This document shows positions 51,036-59,531 of a stretch of DNA of 64,000 nucleotides, piece after piece. The notes beneath the pieces were generated by a model, which worked only from the letters and a program-made list of their open reading frames with translations, was not told the origin of the DNA and searched no databases. Both the position numbers and the translations under genes were made by a program. Each line of letters begins with the position of its first letter. The first letter of the stretch is position 1. The DNA comes from a virus (lineage: Duplodnaviria; Caudoviricetes), in the IMG/VR virus record IMGVR_UViG_3300047382_000771, positions 1 to 64,000 of that record; one strand, 5' to 3'.

Positions 51036-53546
51036 TTATAAAAGTCCTGGAATTAAATTTGTTTTCTTTTGAATAGAATTAATTTTTACGTTCGCATTTA
51101 ATGAAGTTTCGATTTGAGGTTGAATGTTTGTAACCAAGGATCCAGTATCTAAGGAGAGAGGGTAATCTCCTTGCGCCCCATAAAGTACACTTGCTCCATC
51201 CTTCCTGAATAATCTACCACCAGATATATTTACTGCGGTATTTCCGACGTTCTGAATTTTTACATCCGCAATATTTTGGTCTATTTGATAATTACTTCCA
51301 TCAATCGCTTGCACTACACCAAACCACTTGTCCACCCCATCTGATGTGGTTTGCGAATATACCAAGAAGGCATAAATCTCTTGAACTGTAGCATTACCGT
51401 CAGTCTCACTTAAATCAATACCCATGGGGGTATTAGTGTAGTCGGCAGTGAAGGTGGTTATTAGGCTAGCATCTATACCGTTTGTATTATATATATTGTC
51501 AGGCTGTTGATTTACTTGGAATACAATGCCTGTCGTTGTTGCTACCCCAGTTTGTACAAATGGTAACAGAGCTGTTGGCCCCACTACACATGTCACACGA
51601 AGTCTGACGGTATCTCCTACCGCTATCTGCGATGCAGTATATGTTCCTGAGACATCAATAAATGGATCGGTTGATGAGTACTTGATGTTAACGACTTCTG
51701 CGTCCTTAGTTACATTATAAATCTGCACCCGTGATGTACCCTCTATATTTTTTACTTCCCAGGGGAGAACCGTGGTCGATCCAAATGTACCAATGACTTC
51801 TGCCCCATTACTGAGAGTAGTTGTTCCAGTGGTTGTTATATTTCCAATGTAGGTAGTGGCTTTGATTGTTAAAGTGTTGCCACTTATCGCAAGTACCGAA
51901 CCTGCGCTTGCGTCCACCACCACATCATAAGAGCCCGCATTAATGGTGTTACCATCACGAGAAACCAAGGTATTGGCCTCTCCTGCATAATTATCCGCTA
52001 AGTAAGCCTTTGCCCTGTTGTAGAACTTCTCAGGCGTATCGATTACTGAGTACGCATCCGTAGTTGCTCTTGTGTCAGTAATTAGTGCATCGTCAAATAA
52101 TACCCAATCAACTGCGAGTTCTCCTAATCCTTTAAGTGCTTGTGTTGAGGTGGACAATGAGTGCCCATAAGAGCAAAACTTAAATGTGAAATCGTCTGCG
52201 TTAGAATTGGAATCAGACCTTCTGTCTACACGATAAAAGCCCCCAAAGTTAGCAGTGTCCCAGTCTGAGTAAGATGGTTGTGCGTTATTGGTACTACTTA
52301 CTCTCCATCTCCCACCCGATAAATGTATTCCATATTCAGTAGCACCATCAGAGTCATTAGTGGTGTACTCATGGACTTGCACTCCAGTCAGAACTTCAAA
52401 TTTAGCTATATCACCACTAGCATCTGTAGTCTTATTGTAAATCTCTGAGGTGCTATAATCATAAATCATGTCACCATTCGCATCTACAACTCCTCTGGTA
52501 ATTGGCGAGTCTCCAGATGCAGTGTATCCATTGACAGTATCAAACGCCTTACTCTTAACAAATGTTGCATTCTTTGCGTATGCGGATGGGTTGTCTTCAA
52601 GGTATAATTTTACCCCCTCAATTGCAGTTCCGCTTGCATTCTTAATATTAAATGAAACTTCTTTTTTTGTAACAACTACACCTCTTTGCCCAGTTGAACC
52701 TCTTGTGTCCCTCCACATCTTAACAATGTCACTACCAGTTGCAGAATTTATAACTTCGTATTCACGATGGCATTGATTATTTTGCCCATCTGAACCAATG
52801 TCGTAATCATTAATATTCTGCGAAACATCAAATTCTCGCAATGTGTGATATGAAATTACACCTTGGTTGATGACCTCGCCAATAGACGAGTTTGCAAAAT
52901 TAAATGTCGCACTAAATGCAGGAAGTAAAACTGCAACCCCATCAAATGTTCCATTAAATGAACCATTGGCATTACCGAATGGATTTCTCCACTCTAGTGA
53001 TGATGTTGTGCCTCGCCAAGTAGTGCCAATGACATCTAGGGTCATAGAACCAGTGCATGGTCTACCAGTCAGAATAACTCCACCTCTACCAACGAAAGTA
53101 GAACCTCCACCTCCACCTCCCATACAAGCATCACTTGGATGCCAGTTAGAAATCCTAGCTCCTGCAAAGATTAAACCTGTGCTTTTAGAATTAGTAGATG
53201 TACCTCTAGTTGCATTGGTTCTAGTAGTCCCGTAGTAATAATAAGCTGGATTCGCATTCGTCCCGCTAATACTTATAGCGTTTGTTGCATCAGCATTTGA
53301 TAGCCCTGCATTCGTGTGCCGAAGGATAAGTATCTCAGTATCTGGATTATGATACAATGTGCCTTTGATGACTATCTTTACTGTAGGTGCAATTTCGTAA
53401 ACATCTATATGGCTTTCATTTATGTAATGAGTTACGCCTGTTAATCCGATTAACCCACTAAGGTCATTCTCAGTTGTTCCTGATGTTAACTCTAAAATAT
53501 TTCTATTACCCGATGAGTGGGTGGAAGCTTTGTAAGTCCAGGCCAT
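51036..53546 (-). CDS. Large structural protein (836 aa)
   Basis: Long Gly/Thr/Ser/Asn-rich beta-type ORF within the structural array. Confidence 0.75.
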   Translation of the reverse strand: MAWTYKASTHSSGNRNILELTSGTTENDLSGLIGLTGVTHYINESHIDVYEIAPTVKIVIKGTLYHNPDTEILILRHTNAGLSNADATNAISISGTNANPAYYYYGTTRTNATRGTSTNSKSTGLIFAGARISNWHPSDACMGGGGGGSTFVGRGGVILTGRPCTGSMTLDVIGTTWRGTTSSLEWRNPFGNANGSFNGTFDGVAVLLPAFSATFNFANSSIGEVINQGVISYHTLREFDVSQNINDYDIGSDGQNNQCHREYEVINSATGSDIVKMWRDTRGSTGQRGVVVTKKEVSFNIKNASGTAIEGVKLYLEDNPSAYAKNATFVKSKAFDTVNGYTASGDSPITRGVVDANGDMIYDYSTSEIYNKTTDASGDIAKFEVLTGVQVHEYTTNDSDGATEYGIHLSGGRWRVSSTNNAQPSYSDWDTANFGGFYRVDRRSDSNSNADDFTFKFCSYGHSLSTSTQALKGLGELAVDWVLFDDALITDTRATTDAYSVIDTPEKFYNRAKAYLADNYAGEANTLVSRDGNTINAGSYDVVVDASAGSVLAISGNTLTIKATTYIGNITTTGTTTLSNGAEVIGTFGSTTVLPWEVKNIEGTSRVQIYNVTKDAEVVNIKYSSTDPFIDVSGTYTASQIAVGDTVRLRVTCVVGPTALLPFVQTGVATTTGIVFQVNQQPDNIYNTNGIDASLITTFTADYTNTPMGIDLSETDGNATVQEIYAFLVYSQTTSDGVDKWFGVVQAIDGSNYQIDQNIADVKIQNVGNTAVNISGGRLFRKDGASVLYGAQGDYPLSLDTGSLVTNIQPQIETSLNANVKINSIQKKTNLIPGLL

Positions 53547-53620
53547 TATGCGTAATCCTTTGTAATAGATGAGACATTACCATCCCCATCGTATGCTATT
53601 GTTTTAAAAATTAAATTCAT
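53546..53620 (-). CDS. 24-aa mini-ORF copying the C-terminal motif of the upstream protein
   Basis: MNLIFKTIAYDGDGNVSSITKDYA; TAATG overlap with the 836-aa gene; GTGTA upstream. Confidence 0.55.
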   Translation of the reverse strand: MNLIFKTIAYDGDGNVSSITKDYA

Positions 53621-53624
53621 AATC

Positions 53625-53644
53625 AACTTATATTATATACACAT
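53625..53644 (-). promoter_or_regulatory. GTGTA motif (putative late promoter)
   Basis: ATGTGTATATAATAT; GTGTA at 53638-53642. Confidence 0.55.
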
Positions 53645-53645
53645 A

Positions 53646-54485
53646 TTACGCATATGTTCTAGTAACTGTTTTGAGGTTCCCATCCACATTATAAACTAAT
53701 TGTTTTGTTAGTGTGGCCCCCGTTACAACATCGGTGATTAATATTTGTGTTAAATCACCGCTGGTGTACGTAAATGCTTTGGTGAAAAGCTTTGTGGTTT
53801 TGGTGTTGTTCAACCAAACATCTATAGTGTCCACATCACCATCAACAGTATATGAAATTTCGTGGTAATATGTGGATAACCGAGATTTATAATCAAGATC
53901 AATTAAATTAGTACCTGGCTCACTAAAGCGAGTGGGACCATTGGGTAGATGATCTTTGAGGATGGCGGCAGTATCGCTACCCTCCTCTGACACAGTTAAA
54001 TTAACTGAAGAGAAATTGACAACTTGGGGTGTAGAATGGTTATAGTCTGTATAAAGAGTGGCACCCGAAGCTGCACTTGGGATAGAGTTAGGTTCATTTT
54101 CATCAGTTACATAGTACAATATATCATCATGAACGATGAACTCATTAGCAGCAGGAGTGTCGCCAGCACTAGCGACTCGAGTTAATGCGGCAGCTTCTGT
54201 TTCGTCAACTATGTCAAACTTTATAACACTAATGTTTTGAGTATTATCACTAGCATCAACGGATGCAAGAAAGTTGCCAGCAACCGTAATTGTTAAAACG
54301 GTGATATCTGTAAGGTCTACTAATGGATATATGTCAACTGAAACTGTAGCGTCTGTAGGAAGACCTGCTGTGCCGCCTCCGCCACCTCCGCCGCCTGTAA
54401 CAGCGTTAGCAACTTCCGATGCAATTTTTTGCTTGGTTAGTTGCCCGATTTTATAAAAAATAGAATTTGTATCTGGATTTGGCAT
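53646..54485 (-). CDS. Structural protein (279 aa) with poly-Gly hinge and C-terminal YD-like repeats
   Basis: NPDTNSIFYKIGQLT N-terminus; YTVDGDV, YTSGDL, YNVDGNL. Confidence 0.7.
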   Translation of the reverse strand: MPNPDTNSIFYKIGQLTKQKIASEVANAVTGGGGGGGGTAGLPTDATVSVDIYPLVDLTDITVLTITVAGNFLASVDASDNTQNISVIKFDIVDETEAAALTRVASAGDTPAANEFIVHDDILYYVTDENEPNSIPSAASGATLYTDYNHSTPQVVNFSSVNLTVSEEGSDTAAILKDHLPNGPTRFSEPGTNLIDLDYKSRLSTYYHEISYTVDGDVDTIDVWLNNTKTTKLFTKAFTYTSGDLTQILITDVVTGATLTKQLVYNVDGNLKTVTRTYA

Positions 54486-54504
54486 CAGTATATTATAATA
54501 TTAA

Positions 54505-55308
54505 TTATGTTTTTGTAAAGTATGCCGTCACTAATTTTTCACCGTGCATAGTTACGGTTGTTGTTGAAGAAAATGAGTCAGCTATGTTTTCTCCAGACCA
54601 GTGATTGAATGAATATCCAGGTAGGGCAGAAGCAGATATGTTGGCGGTGGAGCCACTAAGGTAAAGATTAGATGAGTCGGAGACTGACGCAAGTCCCCCT
54701 TTTCTTGCTGTAGTAATCAGCCTAAACTCGTACTCAAACTGATTACCTGTTATGCCATCATTAAAATGTTCAATCATTCTATTATCGAGAGATTGAGCTG
54801 AGAACAAAGCATATTCTAATGCATCGTCTTTAGTTTTAATGTGGTCAGGATATAATGAGCCGTCATGAGTAAACGCAGTATCAGCTTCAGATGATTGAGA
54901 TATTTCATTTGAAATATAATTAGCTATAGTTACTCCTTGCACTCTCAAATCTCCCTCGACAGCAAGGCCAGCTCCGCCAATCATAATTCCAGAAGTAGGA
55001 TCGTCAGATATACTACTACCTCCTATGTATATGGTGTCTGGATTAAAGTAAGCATCTCCAGTAACATATAGGTCATTATTTAATCGTACATCCCCATTAA
55101 AATAAGATTGGCCCTGGACTGAAAGATATCCATTAATATCAGCATTTGTAATCCCGTGACCTACTAAAGTACTAGGTATAGAAGCTAAATCACTAAAAGA
55201 AATAGTGTCAGGCACAGCATCCCAGCTAGTACCGTTCCAGATATAGTTCCTTCCTGCTTGGCTTACAGTGTCATTTAAGGATGGGTTTGATGGAAATTGT
55301 ATGGCCAT
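54505..55308 (-). CDS. Fibre-type protein with C-terminal divergent InlB B-repeat-like domain (267 aa)
   Basis: MAI-x-FPSNP...Y-x-WNG-x2-W N-terminus; G-x2-A-x-ISA...GYSF-x-HWSG...V-x-M...V-x-A-x-F. Confidence 0.7.
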   Translation of the reverse strand: MAIQFPSNPSLNDTVSQAGRNYIWNGTSWDAVPDTISFSDLASIPSTLVGHGITNADINGYLSVQGQSYFNGDVRLNNDLYVTGDAYFNPDTIYIGGSSISDDPTSGIMIGGAGLAVEGDLRVQGVTIANYISNEISQSSEADTAFTHDGSLYPDHIKTKDDALEYALFSAQSLDNRMIEHFNDGITGNQFEYEFRLITTARKGGLASVSDSSNLYLSGSTANISASALPGYSFNHWSGENIADSFSSTTTVTMHGEKLVTAYFTKT

Positions 55309-55325
55309 TGTTATAGATTACACTT
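55309..55325 (-). promoter_or_regulatory. GTGTA motif (putative late promoter)
   Basis: AAGTGTAATCTATAACA-ATG. Confidence 0.6.
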
Positions 55326-55351
55326 ATTTAATTGTTTTTATATTAATAGTT

Positions 55352-56836
55352 CTAAGTTATCTGAGAATTATCTGTAGTCCTATACCAGGAGCCATTATAA
55401 TGGTATGCCATAACCTGCGTATTTGTAGTGGAACCGTCTATGACTAGAGCTAGGGTTCCATCTTTAATAGAGGTAGGTAAATCTAATTTATTATAAACAA
55501 GAGGGGTGGATACTGTTTTAATTTCATCTTGCAATAAAGTAATATCGTCAGACAGGGATATAAAATTAGCTAAAGATTCCCCGCTGACCGTTATTAAGTC
55601 ATCGGCGGCTGCACCAATAGTCCCATCAACTATCGAGTCTGATAACTGCTGTAAATCGTCTGATAAAGCTATGAAATTAGCTAAAGCTTCCCCACTAACA
55701 TTAATCAAATCAGATGTAGCGGCCCCAATACTTCCATCAGAAACAGCTCCCGATAGTGCATCCAAGCTATTAGATAATGAAGCTATGCTAGCCACAGACC
55801 TGCCACTAAGAGAGTCGAGCCCTGATTCAATTCCGTACTGTTGGTCTAAAATTTGACCAAAAGTAGCTATTGTTCTACCGCTGAAATTTTCGAGACTATT
55901 ATCTACCTCGTAGATGTCTCCAATTAATTTACCAAAAGAAGCTACCGATCTACCGCTTAAAGAATCTAGATTATTGTCTAAATCGTATATGTCATTTTGG
56001 AGTAGCCCAAATGTAGAAACCGTTCTACCGCTTAAATAGTAAAAAGCATCATCAATGTCAATATATTCATCAAGATCGTTTTTAATATATACATTGTCTG
56101 CATAAAATTCTTTACCACTTATATCTCCTTGGACCGTGTAATCTAAAACTTCCGTTACATGAGTTTTACCTGTTACATATAAGTCTCCAGAAATATAAAC
56201 ATTTTCAGCATAGAACTCGTCAAACTTTCCACTAGCACCACTTGTGATTCCTAAATCATAGTTATAAATATAATTGGGTACGCCAGCTAATCTGTCACCA
56301 CTATTGAATTGAACATGGTAATCTTCGCCTGCGGCATAATCACGGGGTTGACCCAAGTATGCAATTTGTAACCAATCAGTATCATTATTGTCGCCTGTTT
56401 TTTCGTAAATATCGCTTGTAGATAGATCTAAAAAATGTGCCCCTCTAATACCTGCAGCCTTATCGCTTTTCCCTACACCAGTAGGAGGAGCAAAATCCCA
56501 AATAAGGGGTTTTCTATTGCCCAAGTTAGCACTAACAAAATCTTCAAAAGGTAAATTAGCACCGCCACCTGCGCCTCCTTGGCCAACTTGAATTGTTGTG
56601 TTTACCCACTTAGAGCCATCGTAAACTAAGACTTCCCCAGGAGAGGCATTAAGTGCATCTACATTACCTATTTGGTTAATCGAGTTAACAGATGGGCTAC
56701 CTGCTGGAAAAGCATCCACCCATTGTTCGCTATCACCGTCACCGTAATATATTTTTAGTTTACCAGCATCACTCTCCCACCAAAGATCTCCTGTTTGGGG
56801 GGTTAGGGGTGCATCATCTTGAATAGAAATAGCCAT
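55352..56836 (-). CDS. Tail fibre-like protein with coiled-coil repeats (494 aa)
   Basis: GDLWWESDAGKLKIYY-x-DGDS-x-QWV N-terminus; 25-aa SGR repeats. Confidence 0.75.
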   Translation of the reverse strand: MAISIQDDAPLTPQTGDLWWESDAGKLKIYYGDGDSEQWVDAFPAGSPSVNSINQIGNVDALNASPGEVLVYDGSKWVNTTIQVGQGGAGGGANLPFEDFVSANLGNRKPLIWDFAPPTGVGKSDKAAGIRGAHFLDLSTSDIYEKTGDNNDTDWLQIAYLGQPRDYAAGEDYHVQFNSGDRLAGVPNYIYNYDLGITSGASGKFDEFYAENVYISGDLYVTGKTHVTEVLDYTVQGDISGKEFYADNVYIKNDLDEYIDIDDAFYYLSGRTVSTFGLLQNDIYDLDNNLDSLSGRSVASFGKLIGDIYEVDNSLENFSGRTIATFGQILDQQYGIESGLDSLSGRSVASIASLSNSLDALSGAVSDGSIGAATSDLINVSGEALANFIALSDDLQQLSDSIVDGTIGAAADDLITVSGESLANFISLSDDITLLQDEIKTVSTPLVYNKLDLPTSIKDGTLALVIDGSTTNTQVMAYHYNGSWYRTTDNSQIT

Positions 56837-59529
56837 TATAATTCAGATATTAAGTATTTTGCTGGTGTACTAGTGTCAGCATTTGCGGCCCTAGATAAAA
56901 AATCAAGGTTGAAAAAGAATGATCCTGTGCTAGATATTAAACCATCTCCAGAGCAAATAGTAAATCCATCATCAATATCCATTCTGATTGAAATTTCAGG
57001 GCCAACGGTTTGTGACGGATCTCTGTAATAATAGTCCGTTCCCCCATTTGGCCCCGCCCCAGCTTCACTTAAGTTTTCCATTGATACATTCAAGGGGTTT
57101 GTAACTGTTGTACCTATGTCGCCCAATCCTTGAAGTAAGGAGTGCGGATGTACTGAGATTGTTCTCTCTGTGAATCCAGAAATTTGATAAGAGGTTGGTG
57201 TGGATGTGAAAGTTTCTACTCCAGCTAAGTTTTTCCCGCTTGCTGTAAAATCAAAAACGCCTTTAAGGTCTGAATCTTTAACAAGTATTTCAAAATTATT
57301 ATCAGTTAGGGATGTTCCTTGAGATTTTTGAATTAAAATTGATTGAGGGGATTGATCTGGACTTAATTCCAGTGAAGGATTTTCGTACATTTCTTGGTCT
57401 GATTCCAATGAGAAAGTATAATTTTCACCATTTAGCGAGCTTACTAGGGCACTTGGTAGGTTGATGGAAAACTCTATAGGTTTGGAAGCAATATTAACTA
57501 CAAAAGAATCTTCTAGAACCAAGCCATTAGTTGTTTTAGTTAATAGAACCTTAACATTTGGTACACTTATATTGTAAGTAGAAGGGTTAATGCAATTAAT
57601 AACTTTTAAGTCAAAATCTACACCTGGGTCAGGAATGTCTAAGTCCCCATCAATAGATGTATATAAAATATTATCAAAATTAGATGTTGAAACATTAACA
57701 GCACAGCTATCACCTGGCCCCAAAGCAAGATTAGGTAAAATGTAGGATATATTATTTAATGTAAAAGATGGGCCAATTTGATCTAGATTAGCTGTATTAC
57801 TTGATGTTGTTGTGTCTGAAAGTGTATTGTGGGTATTTTTAGCAACCATAGTCACAGACTGCACCCCAGTTCTAGTAGAAGAAACCGTTACGGGTACATT
57901 AACTACATATATGTCATTGCCATTATCAGTAACTAATGTTGGGTCAGAAGTATAACTGTTGGTAAAAGCTGTTTGGCTACCGTCAGAAATACCACTGTCC
58001 TCAACAGAGATTTGAATAGAGTCTATACTGACTCCTTGGGTATCTATAGTAGTAGATACATGCACCGTGTCTCCAGCCTTAAGATCTGCGGTACCCACTA
58101 AGTGTGGGCTGACCGACTGTACTGCTGGTAAAGTGATTTCACAATCAGTAATAGATGGACCGTTAGCTATTTTTATAGTTGTTTCTTTAGAGTCCGTAGC
58201 TCCATTAAACCGTCTTGCTGAGGATAGTCTCAGATTAGGAGATTCATTAAATATGCCAGCTGAATAAGAAACTGTTTTAGGATCTTGATATATATCTAAG
58301 CCTAAAACTAATATATCAGTAGCATTAACTTGTAGATTTAAATATTCCACAGTATCGCCATCGTTTGAATCCCAGTTTAATATAGAGTGAACTACATCAA
58401 TGCTTTCACCTTCTCTTAAGCCGTCTGATCTTCCGTTGTAATCAGTAATTGGCTGAAATATAATATCAGGATACAGTTGATCTAATAAACGAGTTGAATT
58501 TACCCCTGGAAAATTGTCAGCAGTAGATTGGGTAGTGCCTGTAGTTCCAAGGTTACTAATTGACCTAATTGAAACACCAAGATCCCCAACCCTGTCCGAA
58601 ACTGTCACTGGTATAGTCGCCCTTTTTATCCCTGCGCCCATCTCTATCAACGGGTAAGAAGTAAAATCTATGTGCTCAGCTAAACCTTCGTCAAAAACTT
58701 CTATACCTGAAGGTTCTTGAAGGACATCGTGGTATAAATTAAAATCATAATCTACAAAAATATTTATAATATCTCCATGTTTTAATGCAGATTCGCCAAG
58801 ATTTTCTCCAGGCCTTGGTGTTGCAAGAGCTATATCATCTATAAAAATATTAGTAGCAGTAGGTCCTGGACCCATTTCGATTACATCAATATAACCAGAG
58901 GATTTTAAAATATATGGATCTCTACCATTTTCAGCGTTCCATGCAACTTCATTTCTGCCACTAATTATGCCTGTCCTTGGATAAAATGCTTCACTAGAAG
59001 AGCCATTAATTCCGTCGATGGTTCCTTCAAACCTCCTAGACATTTCACCAAACTCTGTAATATTTGATAGCGGAATAACGCTCTCTTGTATGTAGCCAGT
59101 ACCTATATAATCACTAAATGTTCCATCCCATCTAGATGAAACTTGCAGTGAATTAGCTGTGTTAACATAAATTCCTGACAAAACGGTATTTGGTGTCGGG
59201 GTATGGTCGTAGTAAATCGGTATAATTGGACCTTGATCATTTTTTACATCATGTATGAAATAGTGGGTTTGCTGTAATGCTGCAAATCCAGATCTAAATT
59301 CATCACGATTATCCATAGCGATACCGCTAACAATATCGATTTTATTTTCTAAAATTTGTCCTGTAGCAACTAGCTGGCCAGAGAGATCTCCAATTTGACC
59401 AGTGATTGGGCCAATGACACCAGAATATGGGATTTGGTAATTATTAGCCTGAGTAGCTACAACAAACCTGTGATCTCCAATGGGTTCCGTTAACGGAAGA
59501 TCTGTGATTTTCCTATTAGGAGTAGCCAT
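56836..59529 (-). CDS. Large structural/tail protein (897 aa)
   Basis: RKITDLP N-terminus, short coiled coil, beta-rich Ig-like segments. Confidence 0.75.
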   Translation of the reverse strand: MATPNRKITDLPLTEPIGDHRFVVATQANNYQIPYSGVIGPITGQIGDLSGQLVATGQILENKIDIVSGIAMDNRDEFRSGFAALQQTHYFIHDVKNDQGPIIPIYYDHTPTPNTVLSGIYVNTANSLQVSSRWDGTFSDYIGTGYIQESVIPLSNITEFGEMSRRFEGTIDGINGSSSEAFYPRTGIISGRNEVAWNAENGRDPYILKSSGYIDVIEMGPGPTATNIFIDDIALATPRPGENLGESALKHGDIINIFVDYDFNLYHDVLQEPSGIEVFDEGLAEHIDFTSYPLIEMGAGIKRATIPVTVSDRVGDLGVSIRSISNLGTTGTTQSTADNFPGVNSTRLLDQLYPDIIFQPITDYNGRSDGLREGESIDVVHSILNWDSNDGDTVEYLNLQVNATDILVLGLDIYQDPKTVSYSAGIFNESPNLRLSSARRFNGATDSKETTIKIANGPSITDCEITLPAVQSVSPHLVGTADLKAGDTVHVSTTIDTQGVSIDSIQISVEDSGISDGSQTAFTNSYTSDPTLVTDNGNDIYVVNVPVTVSSTRTGVQSVTMVAKNTHNTLSDTTTSSNTANLDQIGPSFTLNNISYILPNLALGPGDSCAVNVSTSNFDNILYTSIDGDLDIPDPGVDFDLKVINCINPSTYNISVPNVKVLLTKTTNGLVLEDSFVVNIASKPIEFSINLPSALVSSLNGENYTFSLESDQEMYENPSLELSPDQSPQSILIQKSQGTSLTDNNFEILVKDSDLKGVFDFTASGKNLAGVETFTSTPTSYQISGFTERTISVHPHSLLQGLGDIGTTVTNPLNVSMENLSEAGAGPNGGTDYYYRDPSQTVGPEISIRMDIDDGFTICSGDGLISSTGSFFFNLDFLSRAANADTSTPAKYLISEL

Positions 59530-59531
59530 GA

